This document shows positions 9,581 to 23,490 of a stretch of DNA of 64,000 bases, in pieces; the first letter of the stretch is position 1, and every line of letters starts with the position of its first letter. A model generated the notes under the pieces. The model did not search any database and had not been told where the DNA came from. It saw only the letters and a list, made by a program, of their open reading frames with translations. The stretch is from Myxococcota bacterium (lineage in GTDB: Bacteria > Myxococcota_A > UBA796 > GCA-2862545), in contig JBCCQY010000015.1 in NCBI GenBank assembly GCA_039208735.1, positions 26,805-90,804 of the forward strand. The letters run 5' to 3'. Both the position numbers and the translations under genes were made by a program.

Positions 9581-10266
9581 CGGGGCAACCTCACGGCGAG
9601 AACGGTGCCCTCGGGCACGTCCTCGAACAAAACCTGTCCCCCATGTACCTCAATGACGCTGCGAGCGAAGGTCAAACCCGAAGCTGCGACGGGGAGTCGT
9701 TGCTGGCGGAGCTCGACGGCACCGTAGGGCTCGAAGATCCGAGCGCGCTGGTGGGGTGCGATCGTCGCACCGGGGAGGTGGATCCGCACCACATGCGAAT
9801 GATCGTACTCTTCGGCATCCACCAACAGCTGACGCCGGCCGTCCACGAGGCGTCGGGCATTCAGGAAGAGGTCGGTGAACGTACGCTGCAACGCCACCCG
9901 ATCCCCATTCATCTGCAACTCACGGGGCAACTGGAATCGGACGTGGCGTCGGAGCGCCGGCCGGTCACACGACTCTCGCAAGACGTTCACCAAGTCAATG
10001 GGGAACCAGGTGTAGTCAGCGTCACGACCCTCCATCATCACAAAGGAGCGCATCCCCTCCATGAGGACCGACGCGAGATCGGCGGCCTCGAGGATGTCGA
10101 TGATGTCTTGCCGTTGCTCGGGATCGTGGACTTGGTCGCGCAGCATCTCCGCCAGGATGCGGATCGCCGTCAGCGGATTGTTGAGATCGTGCGTCAGCAA
10201 ACGCAGACCATCCGATCGAAGTGCATTGGGATCCCTGCCCATAAACGGCACCGGGTCTTCGTCCAT
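9577..10266 (-). CDS. Sensorless histidine kinase-like protein with degenerate HATPase domain
   Basis: H-box THDLNNPLTAI and F-box IFEPY present; G1 and G2 boxes degenerate. ATG 10266 after GGAGGG. Confidence 0.75.
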   Translation of the reverse strand: MDEDPVPFMGRDPNALRSDGLRLLTHDLNNPLTAIRILAEMLRDQVHDPEQRQDIIDILEAADLASVLMEGMRSFVMMEGRDADYTWFPIDLVNVLRESCDRPALRRHVRFQLPRELQMNGDRVALQRTFTDLFLNARRLVDGRRQLLVDAEEYDHSHVVRIHLPGATIAPHQRARIFEPYGAVELRQQRLPVAASGLTFARSVIEVHGGQVLFEDVPEGTVLAVRLPR

Positions 10267-10323
10267 TCCCCCTCCCGAGCAGACCTTCGGCTGGACCACC
10301 TCAGACGGTCCACCCAAGGAACC

Positions 10324-11307
10324 CTACCGCGGATGGGCGCGAGCCTGATCCCAAAAGCGCATCTGGGCGGGCGGCAATCGCGGACGATCCGGTGGATGCC
10401 CCCCCGCGGTCCCCAACCCGGCCACCGGGCGGCCGGCCAGGCTGTCAACGACGTATTGGCCAAACGCCAGCGTGACGCCAAGGACCAGGGCGAGCAACAA
10501 CCGGTTGGCAAAGCCACGAGCCCAGCTCTCATCGCCGCCGTCGGGCTGGGCAAGCCACTGCTGAAAAAACCGATCCGCGAGCACCCAACCGCCCACCGCC
10601 AGGAGGCAGATGCGCGGAATCCAGCCGATCGCGGCCAGTGCGACGCCACCTACGAATCCAATGGCAAGGCAGGCTCGAGCGGCAAGCAACGTGGTGCGAG
10701 GGCCGTGGGTCACGACCAGGGTGCGATAGCCCCGTGCCCGATCTTCTTCGCCCTGAAAGGCCTGGGCAGCAAAGTAGGCCCCCAACACGCCGAACGAACC
10801 CAGGGCCCACAACACAACGGTGCGAGGGTTGAGGGCCACGTCCGCCACCGCCCAACCGGCGAGCGGCGAGAGGATGCCGTAGCCAAACCAGTTGACGAAG
10901 GGTCCTCCGATGGGGTGGGCCTTCCAAAGCGTCGCGGGGTGGGAGTAGAGCACGGCGAGAACGGCGCAGAGAGCTGCGGCCAGGCCGGAAATCGGATTTG
11001 CGAAGGCCGCGATGGCCACTGATGTAGCGAGGCCCGCGTAGCCAAGCGCGGCGGTGAACGGTGGCGGCGGTACCGCCTCGCCCATTAGGACCTCGCCTTC
11101 GTCCCGGTCGACGGCCGCATTGAGCCACAGGGTGCCCGCGTGCAACCACCACCACGCCGAGGCCACCGCCAAGAACGCGCCGGGGTGTTGGGTGGGCAGC
11201 GCGCGATCCCAGTGTGCGTAGGCCCATCCCAAGAAGGGCAGAAGCATGACGAAGGGCGCGAGTTTCGGGCGGGAGAGCAACCACCAGGCACGCAACGTTT
11301 CGGTCAC
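10324..11307 (-). CDS. UbiA superfamily prenyltransferase
   Basis: N-terminal LLSRP, acidic motifs LNAAVDRDEG and QGEEDRARGYRTL, multiple TM helices. Confidence 0.8.
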   Translation of the reverse strand: MTETLRAWWLLSRPKLAPFVMLLPFLGWAYAHWDRALPTQHPGAFLAVASAWWWLHAGTLWLNAAVDRDEGEVLMGEAVPPPPFTAALGYAGLATSVAIAAFANPISGLAAALCAVLAVLYSHPATLWKAHPIGGPFVNWFGYGILSPLAGWAVADVALNPRTVVLWALGSFGVLGAYFAAQAFQGEEDRARGYRTLVVTHGPRTTLLAARACLAIGFVGGVALAAIGWIPRICLLAVGGWVLADRFFQQWLAQPDGGDESWARGFANRLLLALVLGVTLAFGQYVVDSLAGRPVAGLGTAGGHPPDRPRLPPAQMRFWDQARAHPR

Positions 11308-12145
11308 GGAGCGAGCCCCTCCAGCACCAGCGGGGTGTCGCGGCCGTCATTGAAGGCGGCGAGTTCCGCTCTTGTGAACGGATCGGGGCCGTCCTGCACC
11401 ACGGCTTCCACGAAGTTGACGATCGCCTGGCGCACGCGTCGCCCCCAGACGGTGTCGGTGCGACTGTCCCAATGGTCGAGGATCGCTTGCCGACGGGCGG
11501 CGTAGGTCTTCAGGCGCGGTCCCTTGGCAAGCGGGGTGCCGGTCTCCCAGAGGGCCTCGAGTCGATCGGGCAGTTCAGCGGCTCGCCGCGCGGTTTCGAG
11601 ATCCGCGATGCGGTCTCCGAGCGTCTGGACTTTGGGTTCGAGCTGGGCCACGGTGCGACTTTGGGTTCCCATCCACCGTCGGCGCGAGACGGTGGCGCCA
11701 TACACACGAATGCAGGCCCAGGGGTAGACGAAGCAGCCCAGCCAAGCCCCGACCGAGTTTTGACGTTTGGCCCAGGGAACGGAGCGGCCCTCCACCCGGA
11801 GCTTCTGGCGCTTGACCTGCATCCACCCATCGTCGTGGAGCACCACCTCGCCATACCAGGCCGCGGGGTGCCGGTAGACCACACGGTCCCCCTGATCTTT
11901 GACCTCGTAGCCGTACCCCAGTTCCTCGATGGTCTCGACGACTTCTCGGCGGGCCTGATCCACAAGTCGCTCCCCGTACACGACCACTTCGGCGGTGGGG
12001 GCCCCTTCCAGCACGACAAGTTCCTCGACCGAAGGCTCCGGCTCGGCCTCGACGTCCTCATCCGCTTCTGGGGCGGGATCTTCAGCCGGAGCCGGCTCCG
12101 AGACCTCGGTCGCAGGCTGGGCAAAAGCAGACCACCAACCGACGA

Positions 12146-12155
<10 letters not shown>
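11304..12155 (-). CDS. Hypothetical exported protein
   Basis: Signal-like N-terminus ending AFA, acidic Pro-rich linker, 4-bp overlap with the UbiA gene. Confidence 0.65.
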
Positions 12156-16797
<4,642 letters not shown>

Positions 16798-16959
16798 GCC
16801 GGAGCCGTCCTCACCGTTGGTCGGTTCTACAATGCAACATGATATGGCCTGGGTCTGACCGCATGGTCACGATCGCCACCGTCCGACGCACGTTACCCGA
16901 TCGTACCCTTGCATCCGCAGCCCATTCCTGTACCCTGCCGCAGCCATGGGGAGGGCGAT

Positions 16960-18606
16960 GTGTGGGTGTGGGTCACCTTGGCAAGCGCGCAAGCGCAAGT
17001 CAGCGGGGGTGCGGTCCCCGAAATCAATGCACAAACGTTCCGCCCGACGGTGGATGGACGGCGCCTGCTGTGGCTTGACGACGGTGCCAAGGGCGAAAGC
17101 GGCGTCGTGGGGCGTGCGCTGCTCCAGTATGTCGATGATCCCCTGGTCTACGTCGACACCAACGATGAAGTCGTCGAACTGGTCTCGTCGATTCTCCAGC
17201 TTGATGTGCTGGCAGCCGCTCGCTTGGGCCCCCTGCGACTTGGTGTCGACGTGCCCATCTACTTGCTGGCCAACGGGTCGCCGAATGGCAACGAGACGGG
17301 CCTTGGCGATCTAGGCATCGACGGCAAGCTTACGCTCCTCGACCGAGGGCTCGACCTGGCGATTGGCTCACGCTTCTTTTTGCCCACCTCCACCGTCGAC
17401 CAAGCGTTGGGGAGCCCCAGCGTTGGCTATGAAGTGACGGGCATCGTCAGTGGAGATGCAGGTCCGCTCTTGCTCTCGGCCAACGTCGGAACGCGTGGTG
17501 GCCCTTCCGCTGAACTCGAGAACGTGGCACTCAACGACTTTTTGCTCGCTCGATTGGGCGCCGCGTTGCGGTTGTCCGAGGTGATCGACACGGCGCTCGA
17601 ATTCAACGGCCAGTTTCCTTACACCACGCCCTTGGCCACGGCCGATGGGTCGCCCCTCGAGTTCCTGGCCAGCGCTGCGGTGCGTCCGCGTCGGAGCGAC
17701 TGGGTGGTTCGTGCGGGGGGCGGCACGGGATTGCGCCCCGGAATTGGATCGCCCGACTACCGGCTCATTCTCGGCCTGGGGTGGGAGCCGAGAGACGACG
17801 AGCCCGTCGTGGTGGAACCCGAGCCGCTTTGCCCGGGTGAGGTCGAAGATTTCGATGGCTTCGAAGACGAGGATGGGTGCCCGGAGCCCACGCCCGTCAC
17901 GGTGAGCGTGATCGATGCTGAGACTGGAGAGCCCATCGATGTGGCCAAGGTCACGGTGGTTAGTCCCCGCCTGAAAGCGTCGGGCACCGTCACCTCAGAA
18001 GATCCGTTCACCCAGGACTTTGAAGCGGGTGAGGTGGAGATCACGGCTCGGGCCAAGGGCTACGTCGAGACGGTCGAGACCTTCGTGGTTGAGAACGGTC
18101 CGCCTACCGAAGCGGTCGTCAAACTGCAGCCGCTCGGCAAGAAAATCATCGTGGTGAAGCGCAAGAAGCTCGAGATCAACCAGACCATCCAGTTCGAAAC
18201 GAACTCGGATGTCATCAAAGCTGAGAGCTTCGAGCTGCTCAACGAAACCGCAGAGACCATCAAGGAATACAAGGAGATCCGCAAGTTGCGGATCGAGGGC
18301 CATACCGACCAGCGCGGCTCGGCTACCTACAACCTCGAACTGTCCAAGCGCCGGGCCGCTTCGGTCGTGCGGTATTTCATCGCGCAAGGCGTTGAACCCG
18401 AGCGGCTCGAGAGCCAGGGCTATGGCGAAAGCAAGCTGCTCAACGAGGCAAACACCTCCGAGGCGTGGGCTGAGAATCGTCGCGTCGACTTCTTCGTAGA
18501 GTACTGGGAGCCCATCCCGATCCAGGTCGAGATCACCGAAATGACGGATGACATGGTGCCCATGGAACCCGAGGAACTCGAAGAGTCAGAAGCGGGATCG
18601 CCTTAG
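16960..18606 (+). CDS. OmpA family outer-membrane protein (beta-barrel, TSP3 repeat, OmpA C-terminal domain)
   Basis: GTG 16960 after GGAGGG, N-terminal beta-strands, EDFDGFEDEDGCPE thrombospondin type 3 repeat, IEGHTD...YNLELSKRRA...NRRVDF peptidoglycan-binding motif. Confidence 0.88.
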   Translation: MWVWVTLASAQAQVSGGAVPEINAQTFRPTVDGRRLLWLDDGAKGESGVVGRALLQYVDDPLVYVDTNDEVVELVSSILQLDVLAAARLGPLRLGVDVPIYLLANGSPNGNETGLGDLGIDGKLTLLDRGLDLAIGSRFFLPTSTVDQALGSPSVGYEVTGIVSGDAGPLLLSANVGTRGGPSAELENVALNDFLLARLGAALRLSEVIDTALEFNGQFPYTTPLATADGSPLEFLASAAVRPRRSDWVVRAGGGTGLRPGIGSPDYRLILGLGWEPRDDEPVVVEPEPLCPGEVEDFDGFEDEDGCPEPTPVTVSVIDAETGEPIDVAKVTVVSPRLKASGTVTSEDPFTQDFEAGEVEITARAKGYVETVETFVVENGPPTEAVVKLQPLGKKIIVVKRKKLEINQTIQFETNSDVIKAESFELLNETAETIKEYKEIRKLRIEGHTDQRGSATYNLELSKRRAASVVRYFIAQGVEPERLESQGYGESKLLNEANTSEAWAENRRVDFFVEYWEPIPIQVEITEMTDDMVPMEPEELEESEAGSP

Positions 18607-18657
18607 TAACGGAAGCGGCTTCTGCGACACTTCCGATTCCAGGGTCTTGGAGGTGTC

Positions 18658-19419
18658 ATGATCGCTCTGTTTGCACTCGCCGCTTGTTCGTCGTCGAATC
18701 CGCCGCTCGAGACGGCGGTTCCAAACCCTGCGCCGACCACCGCGCCGTCGCCCGACCCGACCCCAGGTCCTGGCGATGCTGAGGTCGTCACCTTGACGAC
18801 CCGCGACGATGTGTCCCTCGAGGCGGACTTTTATGCGGCCGACGGCACGGGCGGGCCAGCGTTCGTGCTGCTCCACATGATTCCGCCGGGCAACGACCGG
18901 GGCAACTGGCCGGCGTCGTTCATTTCGGCACTGAGCGAGGAAGGCTGGGCCGTGTTGGCCTTGGACCGTCGGGGAGCGGGCAACTCCGGTGGAAATGCGA
19001 CGGAGGCCTACACGGGACCTTCGGGCAAGTACGATGTGGAAGCAGCCACCTTGTTCCTCGCTGACCGCGGGTATGGCGATGTGGCCATCATCGGAGCGAG
19101 CAATGGCACCACGTCGATGATCGACTACACGGTGTGGGCTGGCGACAACGACCGCACGGTGCCGGTCGCGCTTGGTTTCATGACGGGGGGCAACTACACC
19201 GAGAGCCAGACCGAGATGAGTACGGTGCCTCAGTTGCCAAGCGTCTTCACGTTCTCCACGGCCGAGCGTGCCTGGTCTGAAGATCAGCGTGACCTGGACC
19301 CAGGCACCTGGTCGTTCCAGGAGTACGACGGGGGAGCCCACGGGACCCGCATGTTCGATGCGAAGCCCGATGTCACCGCGGACCTGGTTGGATTCTTCGG
19401 TGGGGTTCTCGCGGAGTAG
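18658..19419 (+). CDS. Alpha/beta hydrolase lipoprotein
   Basis: LAAC lipobox, Pro-rich tether, LDRRGAGNS, GASNG nucleophile elbow, C-terminal AHGT. Confidence 0.8.
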   Translation: MIALFALAACSSSNPPLETAVPNPAPTTAPSPDPTPGPGDAEVVTLTTRDDVSLEADFYAADGTGGPAFVLLHMIPPGNDRGNWPASFISALSEEGWAVLALDRRGAGNSGGNATEAYTGPSGKYDVEAATLFLADRGYGDVAIIGASNGTTSMIDYTVWAGDNDRTVPVALGFMTGGNYTESQTEMSTVPQLPSVFTFSTAERAWSEDQRDLDPGTWSFQEYDGGAHGTRMFDAKPDVTADLVGFFGGVLAE

Positions 19420-20487
19420 CTACCGCGGTGCCACGTGGGTGCGAACCGTGCCTTGACCAAGGGCCGCATTGAGACGCAGACGGCCCACCATCTCTTGGTC
19501 CTTCGTGGTCTCGAACGAGATCACATCCGCCACCGTGATGGGCGCGGGGGACTCGGGGACGGGACCTTCCGTACCCTGCAAGATGACGGTGTAGGCGCCG
19601 GCCGACAGTGGCGGCAGCACCACGGTTCCGTTGGTGGGACGGGTCGACCATGCCCAACCTTCGTCCTCGTGACGCACCGTCACCCGCTGGGCCCAGGCGG
19701 CCACTGCACCCACATCCACGGTGGGTCCGGTAGGCGCCCAGGTGAGGGTGACCCGGTTTTCAGCGTCGGGGTTGGGCGTCACGAAGGCGGGACGAGCCGG
19801 GGATCCGTCACATTCTGCCGTGATCGACGATGGGGTGATGGCGCGCGCGACGAAGGTGCCATCGTCACGGGCCATGGCTGGCGTCTGACCGACCTGGACC
19901 TTGCACGAGGCCGGTGTTTCGCCTGCCGCATCGTGGACGACGACCGTGATCTCGGCCCCCGCGCGGCGAATCGTCCACGTCGTTCCCGCATCGATGAGTT
20001 CGACCGCATGATCGGTGGCCTTGGTGCCACGACCCTCACGGCAGCTTACGAACGGCGGGGTGGCGGGCACCGCAGCGAGTTCGACCGTGGCCTCGGGGGT
20101 GCATTGGGGCACGGCCTTGGCCGTGAAGCCAGACTCGAAGCGCCACCCCAAAGTGACATCGCAGGCAATCGGAGGGCACGTCAGTGTACGCGGCGAGCGA
20201 GCGGGGACCTCTACGGTAATCGCCTGGCCAAGGTCCGACGTCCCTTGAACCCGTTGGTAGAAGACGTCGTCGAGTGAGAAATGGACCAGTTTGCTCGGGG
20301 GCATAATGGGCACCGCGAAGCGCCCTTGGGCGTCGGTCTTATGCTTGCCCTCGACCGAGTTCACCTCGATGTTGGAGAGCGGAGTGCCGTCGGCATCGAC
20401 GAGTTGGCCCACCATCGTCGTGTCGGTGGTTTCGGTGGGCGTCGGGGAGCAGGCAGTAAGCAGGGTCAATGCGATCATGGGAGCCAT
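19420..20487 (-). CDS. Hypothetical lipoprotein with carboxypeptidase-regulatory-like beta domains
   Basis: LTAC lipobox, GQLVDADGTPL and TDAQGRF motifs, paired Cys residues. Confidence 0.65.
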   Translation of the reverse strand: MAPMIALTLLTACSPTPTETTDTTMVGQLVDADGTPLSNIEVNSVEGKHKTDAQGRFAVPIMPPSKLVHFSLDDVFYQRVQGTSDLGQAITVEVPARSPRTLTCPPIACDVTLGWRFESGFTAKAVPQCTPEATVELAAVPATPPFVSCREGRGTKATDHAVELIDAGTTWTIRRAGAEITVVVHDAAGETPASCKVQVGQTPAMARDDGTFVARAITPSSITAECDGSPARPAFVTPNPDAENRVTLTWAPTGPTVDVGAVAAWAQRVTVRHEDEGWAWSTRPTNGTVVLPPLSAGAYTVILQGTEGPVPESPAPITVADVISFETTKDQEMVGRLRLNAALGQGTVRTHVAPR

Positions 20488-20604
20488 CCAGCGTCGCGGG
20501 TATGTAAAGCGGGCGAGGGGCGGTGCCCACACCTCCCATCATGCGGCCTCGTCGAGGGGAGTTTCACCTGTCATCAGGGGCCGGGACGAATCGTGAGGGA
20601 CGAG

Positions 20605-20952
20605 ATGACGGAAGAGCCCCGCGTGGTGGGTCCAGGATTCCACGACAAGGTCTATGAGGTGGTCAAGCGCGTGCCGGCCGGGCGCGTCGCAACCTACGGC
20701 GATGTCGCAACGGTGTTGGGCTCTCCCCGCGTGGCTCGTCACGTGGGGTGGGCCCTTGCCGCAGTCGTCGATCGTCCGGATGTCCCATGGCACCGGATCA
20801 TCAACGCCAAAGGAACGATCAGTGCCCGAGGTGATGTGGGTCGGGTCACCGTCCAACAACAACGTCTCGAAGAGGAAGGGGTGGTGTTTGACGACCGGGG
20901 CCGGGTCGACCTCAAGGTCTTCCGCCACGTGTTCGACCCCACCGTTTCATGA
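20605..20952 (+). CDS. Alkyltransferase-like (ATL, YbaZ/Atl1-type) MGMT family protein
   Basis: VPAGRVATYGDVA, ARHVGWAL and PWHRII (Trp in place of the catalytic Cys of PCHR). Confidence 0.88.
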   Translation: MTEEPRVVGPGFHDKVYEVVKRVPAGRVATYGDVATVLGSPRVARHVGWALAAVVDRPDVPWHRIINAKGTISARGDVGRVTVQQQRLEEEGVVFDDRGRVDLKVFRHVFDPTVS

Positions 20953-20965
20953 CTTGGAGTCAACG

Positions 20966-21778
20966 ATGCGTTTGATGTGGTTAGCGCTGGGAGCAGGGGC
21001 GTGTATTGGTGATCTCCCACGGGAGATCATCGATACCGGTGGAGATGCTGACGCCGATACGGACGCGGATGCGGACGGTGACACGGATGCCGATGCGGAC
21101 ACGGACGCCGATACCGACGGGGACACGGACGCCGACACCGACGCGGACACAGACGCCGACGCCGACGCGGACACGGATGCGGACACGGACGCCGATACCG
21201 ACGGGGACACCGACGCCGACGCCGACACCGCGGACACGGGTTTGCCAAGTGGCGCAGGGCCGCTGATCATCACGGGGGTGGTGGATGGACCGTTGCCCAA
21301 CGGACGCCCGAAGGCGGTCGAGATCTATGTTGTCTCAGACATCGCGGACCTGAGTGTCTGCGCGTTTGGCTCTGCCAACAACGGAGGTGGGAGCGATGGT
21401 CAGGAGTTCACGTTCCCGAGCGATGCCGTGACGGCGGGAGAGTTCGTCACGGTGGCTACCGAAGCCGTGGATTTCACCACCTTCTTTGGCGTGGCTCCGA
21501 CCTACACCTCCAGCGTCGCATCCATCAACGGAGACGATGCCATCGAGTTGTTCTGCAACTCCATCGTGATCGACGTGTTCGGGGACATCAACGTCGATGG
21601 TTCTGGGGAGCCGTGGGATTACCTGGATGGTTGGGCGTATCGCAACCCGGGCACTGGGCCCGACGGCGCCCTGTTCCAGCCGAACTCCTGGAGCTACAGC
21701 GGTGTGGCGATCTGGGGGACTGCGACGACGAACGCAGCCGCGGCCTCTCCCTTCCCGATCGGCTCGTACGTCCCTTGA
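20966..21778 (+). CDS. Lipoprotein with Asp-rich repeat stalk and lamin-tail-like (LTD) domain
   Basis: AGAC lipobox-like start, DADTD repeat, then IITGVVDGPL..PKAVEIY, INGDDAIEL, IDVFG, WDYLDGWAYR, resembling the N-terminal LTD of ExeM/NucH-type nucleases. Confidence 0.7.
   Translation: MRLMWLALGAGACIGDLPREIIDTGGDADADTDADADGDTDADADTDADTDGDTDADTDADTDADADADTDADTDADTDGDTDADADTADTGLPSGAGPLIITGVVDGPLPNGRPKAVEIYVVSDIADLSVCAFGSANNGGGSDGQEFTFPSDAVTAGEFVTVATEAVDFTTFFGVAPTYTSSVASINGDDAIELFCNSIVIDVFGDINVDGSGEPWDYLDGWAYRNPGTGPDGALFQPNSWSYSGVAIWGTATTNAAAASPFPIGSYVP
21044..21238 (+). repeat. Low-complexity hexanucleotide coding repeat encoding (D-A/T/G)n
   Basis: GAY-GCN/ACN/GGN tandem array. Contains an exact 35-bp duplication (gatgcggacacggacgccgataccgacggggacac) at 21092-21126 and 21176-21210. 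Confidence 0.9.
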
Positions 21779-22786
21779 CTATTCGCCGAGCGCTCGCCGC
21801 CAGGCTCGAACTGCGGCCGCCTCCTCGGCGGTGAGTTCTCGAGCTTCAAGCGCTTCAAGTTCCCGAAGCGCTGCGTCGGGCGCCTCCTCCGCGAGGCACT
21901 GCACCAGCAGCAAGGCGCCGGTCACGTCGCCGTCCTCGGCCAAGGCGTCCAGCCACGGTTCCGCGGTGGTACACCCTCCGCTTGCCATCGCGGACTCAGC
22001 TCGTCCTGCGAGTTCGGCCGCGCGGGTGCGGGGAGGGAGCTGCTTAACCGCGGCCACCGCATCGGAGGTTCGGTTGAGTTCGACGTAGGCGGCAACTTGG
22101 CGTTGGCGCAGCAGGGTGCGCGTCGCGTCGAGGCCCTGGGGATGGGCCAGTGCTTGCTCGATGACCGCCAAACGTTCAGCAACCGCATAGTCCTGCCGTT
22201 CCATCCACAGCACCCGTCCAAACGCCGCTCCCGCGTCGGGATAGCACCAGCCGTCCGTCCCTGCCGACAGCACCATGGGGTCGGATTGGTCGACGCATGT
22301 GACGGAAACGCGACCCCGCTCCACACTCGTTCGGGTGCCGAAGGGACCCCGCTCAACGTCGAAGATCGTTCCCAGAACGGTGACTTCGGCCTCCGGCGTG
22401 GTCACTCGAACCGTCTGGCCGGTATCTGGCTCGACATCCACCCGAATGCGGCCCGATGACCAGGTCACTTCGGTCACTTCGCCACGCACGACCGCTTCCC
22501 CTTCCCCCTCGGCCACTGCATTGACATTGGGAGTGAGGGCCACCGGTCCTTCCTCCCCGAACGACACGGTGTGGGTGCTGGGCCCGGACCGCGACACCGC
22601 AACCGTGATCAAGGCGGTGGCGGCAAGGGCTACGGCCACGCCTACGGCGAGGTCGGTACGGCCTCGCTTGGGACGTCGAAGTCCCCGACGCAATCGGGCC
22701 CGGGCAGCATCCACTTCGTCCGGCGTGGGCTGGTTTGCGGTGGCCAGCCGCTGCAGGTCCTCTACGTACTCGAAGTCGCTGCTCAT
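21779..22786 (-). CDS. FecR domain anti-sigma factor with helical (TPR-like) C-terminus
   Basis: Short cytoplasmic N-terminus, one TM helix, FecR motif VTTPEAEVTVLGTIFDV...SVERGRVSV. ATG 22786 overlaps the sigma stop codon. Confidence 0.8.
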   Translation of the reverse strand: MSSDFEYVEDLQRLATANQPTPDEVDAARARLRRGLRRPKRGRTDLAVGVAVALAATALITVAVSRSGPSTHTVSFGEEGPVALTPNVNAVAEGEGEAVVRGEVTEVTWSSGRIRVDVEPDTGQTVRVTTPEAEVTVLGTIFDVERGPFGTRTSVERGRVSVTCVDQSDPMVLSAGTDGWCYPDAGAAFGRVLWMERQDYAVAERLAVIEQALAHPQGLDATRTLLRQRQVAAYVELNRTSDAVAAVKQLPPRTRAAELAGRAESAMASGGCTTAEPWLDALAEDGDVTGALLLVQCLAEEAPDAALRELEALEARELTAEEAAAVRAWRRALGE

Positions 22787-23490
22787 AGCTCGATCCGTTC
22801 GCTGTCGGACCAGGGCTCGAGGCCCCGCCGCTCGGCTTCGACGCGAAAGCATCGCCGGGCCGACGTCATTAGACGGTTCACGGTTCCTTGGGACAATCCC
22901 ATCAATTCGGCAATCTCAGGCCGCGTCCGGCGGTCCACGTAGGCATGCCACAGCAAGGTTCGCTCCTCCAGCGACAGCTGTTGCAAGATTTCGCGAACCT
23001 GGGAGGCGCGCTCGGCTCTCTCGATTCCGGCGTAGGCACTCGGCGCTTCGCTCGGGCGGCGGTCCATCACCAGGCCAAACGTCCACCGGCGCAACCAAGG
23101 GCCTCGGGCGTGTTCCCGCAGCACTCGCCAGGTGATGGCCCACAACCAAGGGCGAAACCCGTGGGGTCGATCGAGTCGGTTCAATCGCTGGGCGGCTCGA
23201 ATCATGACGTCGTGTGCGGCATCTTCGGGGTCGACCCGTTTCGCGGCGTTCCAGCGGCACCACCGCATCACTTCGGGCAGCCAGTGCTCGAGCAATGCAT
23301 GCTTGGCCTCTTCCTCGCCCTGCTGGGCCCGCTTGATCCACCAGGCGGTGACCACGTCTCGCGCGGCTTCCGCCAACGGACGGTCGCGCTGTTCGGCCCA
23401 TTCCAAGGCTTCAGCGGGCAAGGTCCAAACGTCGACCTCAGGGCCGCCTATCGAGCGACAGAGACGTCGAGCTTCCTCGAGTGAATTCAC
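22783..23490 (-). CDS. ECF RNA polymerase sigma factor
   Basis: Region 2 DPEDAAHDV...FRPWLWAI; region 4 LSLEERTLL...EIAELMGLSQGTVNRLMTSARR. Confidence 0.88.
   Translation of the reverse strand: MNSLEEARRLCRSIGGPEVDVWTLPAEALEWAEQRDRPLAEAARDVVTAWWIKRAQQGEEEAKHALLEHWLPEVMRWCRWNAAKRVDPEDAAHDVMIRAAQRLNRLDRPHGFRPWLWAITWRVLREHARGPWLRRWTFGLVMDRRPSEAPSAYAGIERAERASQVREILQQLSLEERTLLWHAYVDRRTRPEIAELMGLSQGTVNRLMTSARRCFRVEAERRGLEPWSDSERIEL

Noticed and set aside
9643..11022. 459-aa plus-strand ORF
   Set aside because: Lies antisense to the HK-like and UbiA genes with no motifs; typical high-GC shadow ORF.
16960..18606. Assigning the gene symbol traB
   Set aside because: No traA neighbour and only one TSP3 repeat; architecture alone is insufficient.
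18610..18635. CGGAAG...CTTCCG inverted repeat after the OmpA gene
   Set aside because: Short stem, large loop and no U-tract; not supportable as a terminator.
21044..21238. Possible CRISPR or non-coding repeat array
   Set aside because: No repeat-spacer structure; it is an in-frame low-complexity coding repeat, and no cas genes are present.
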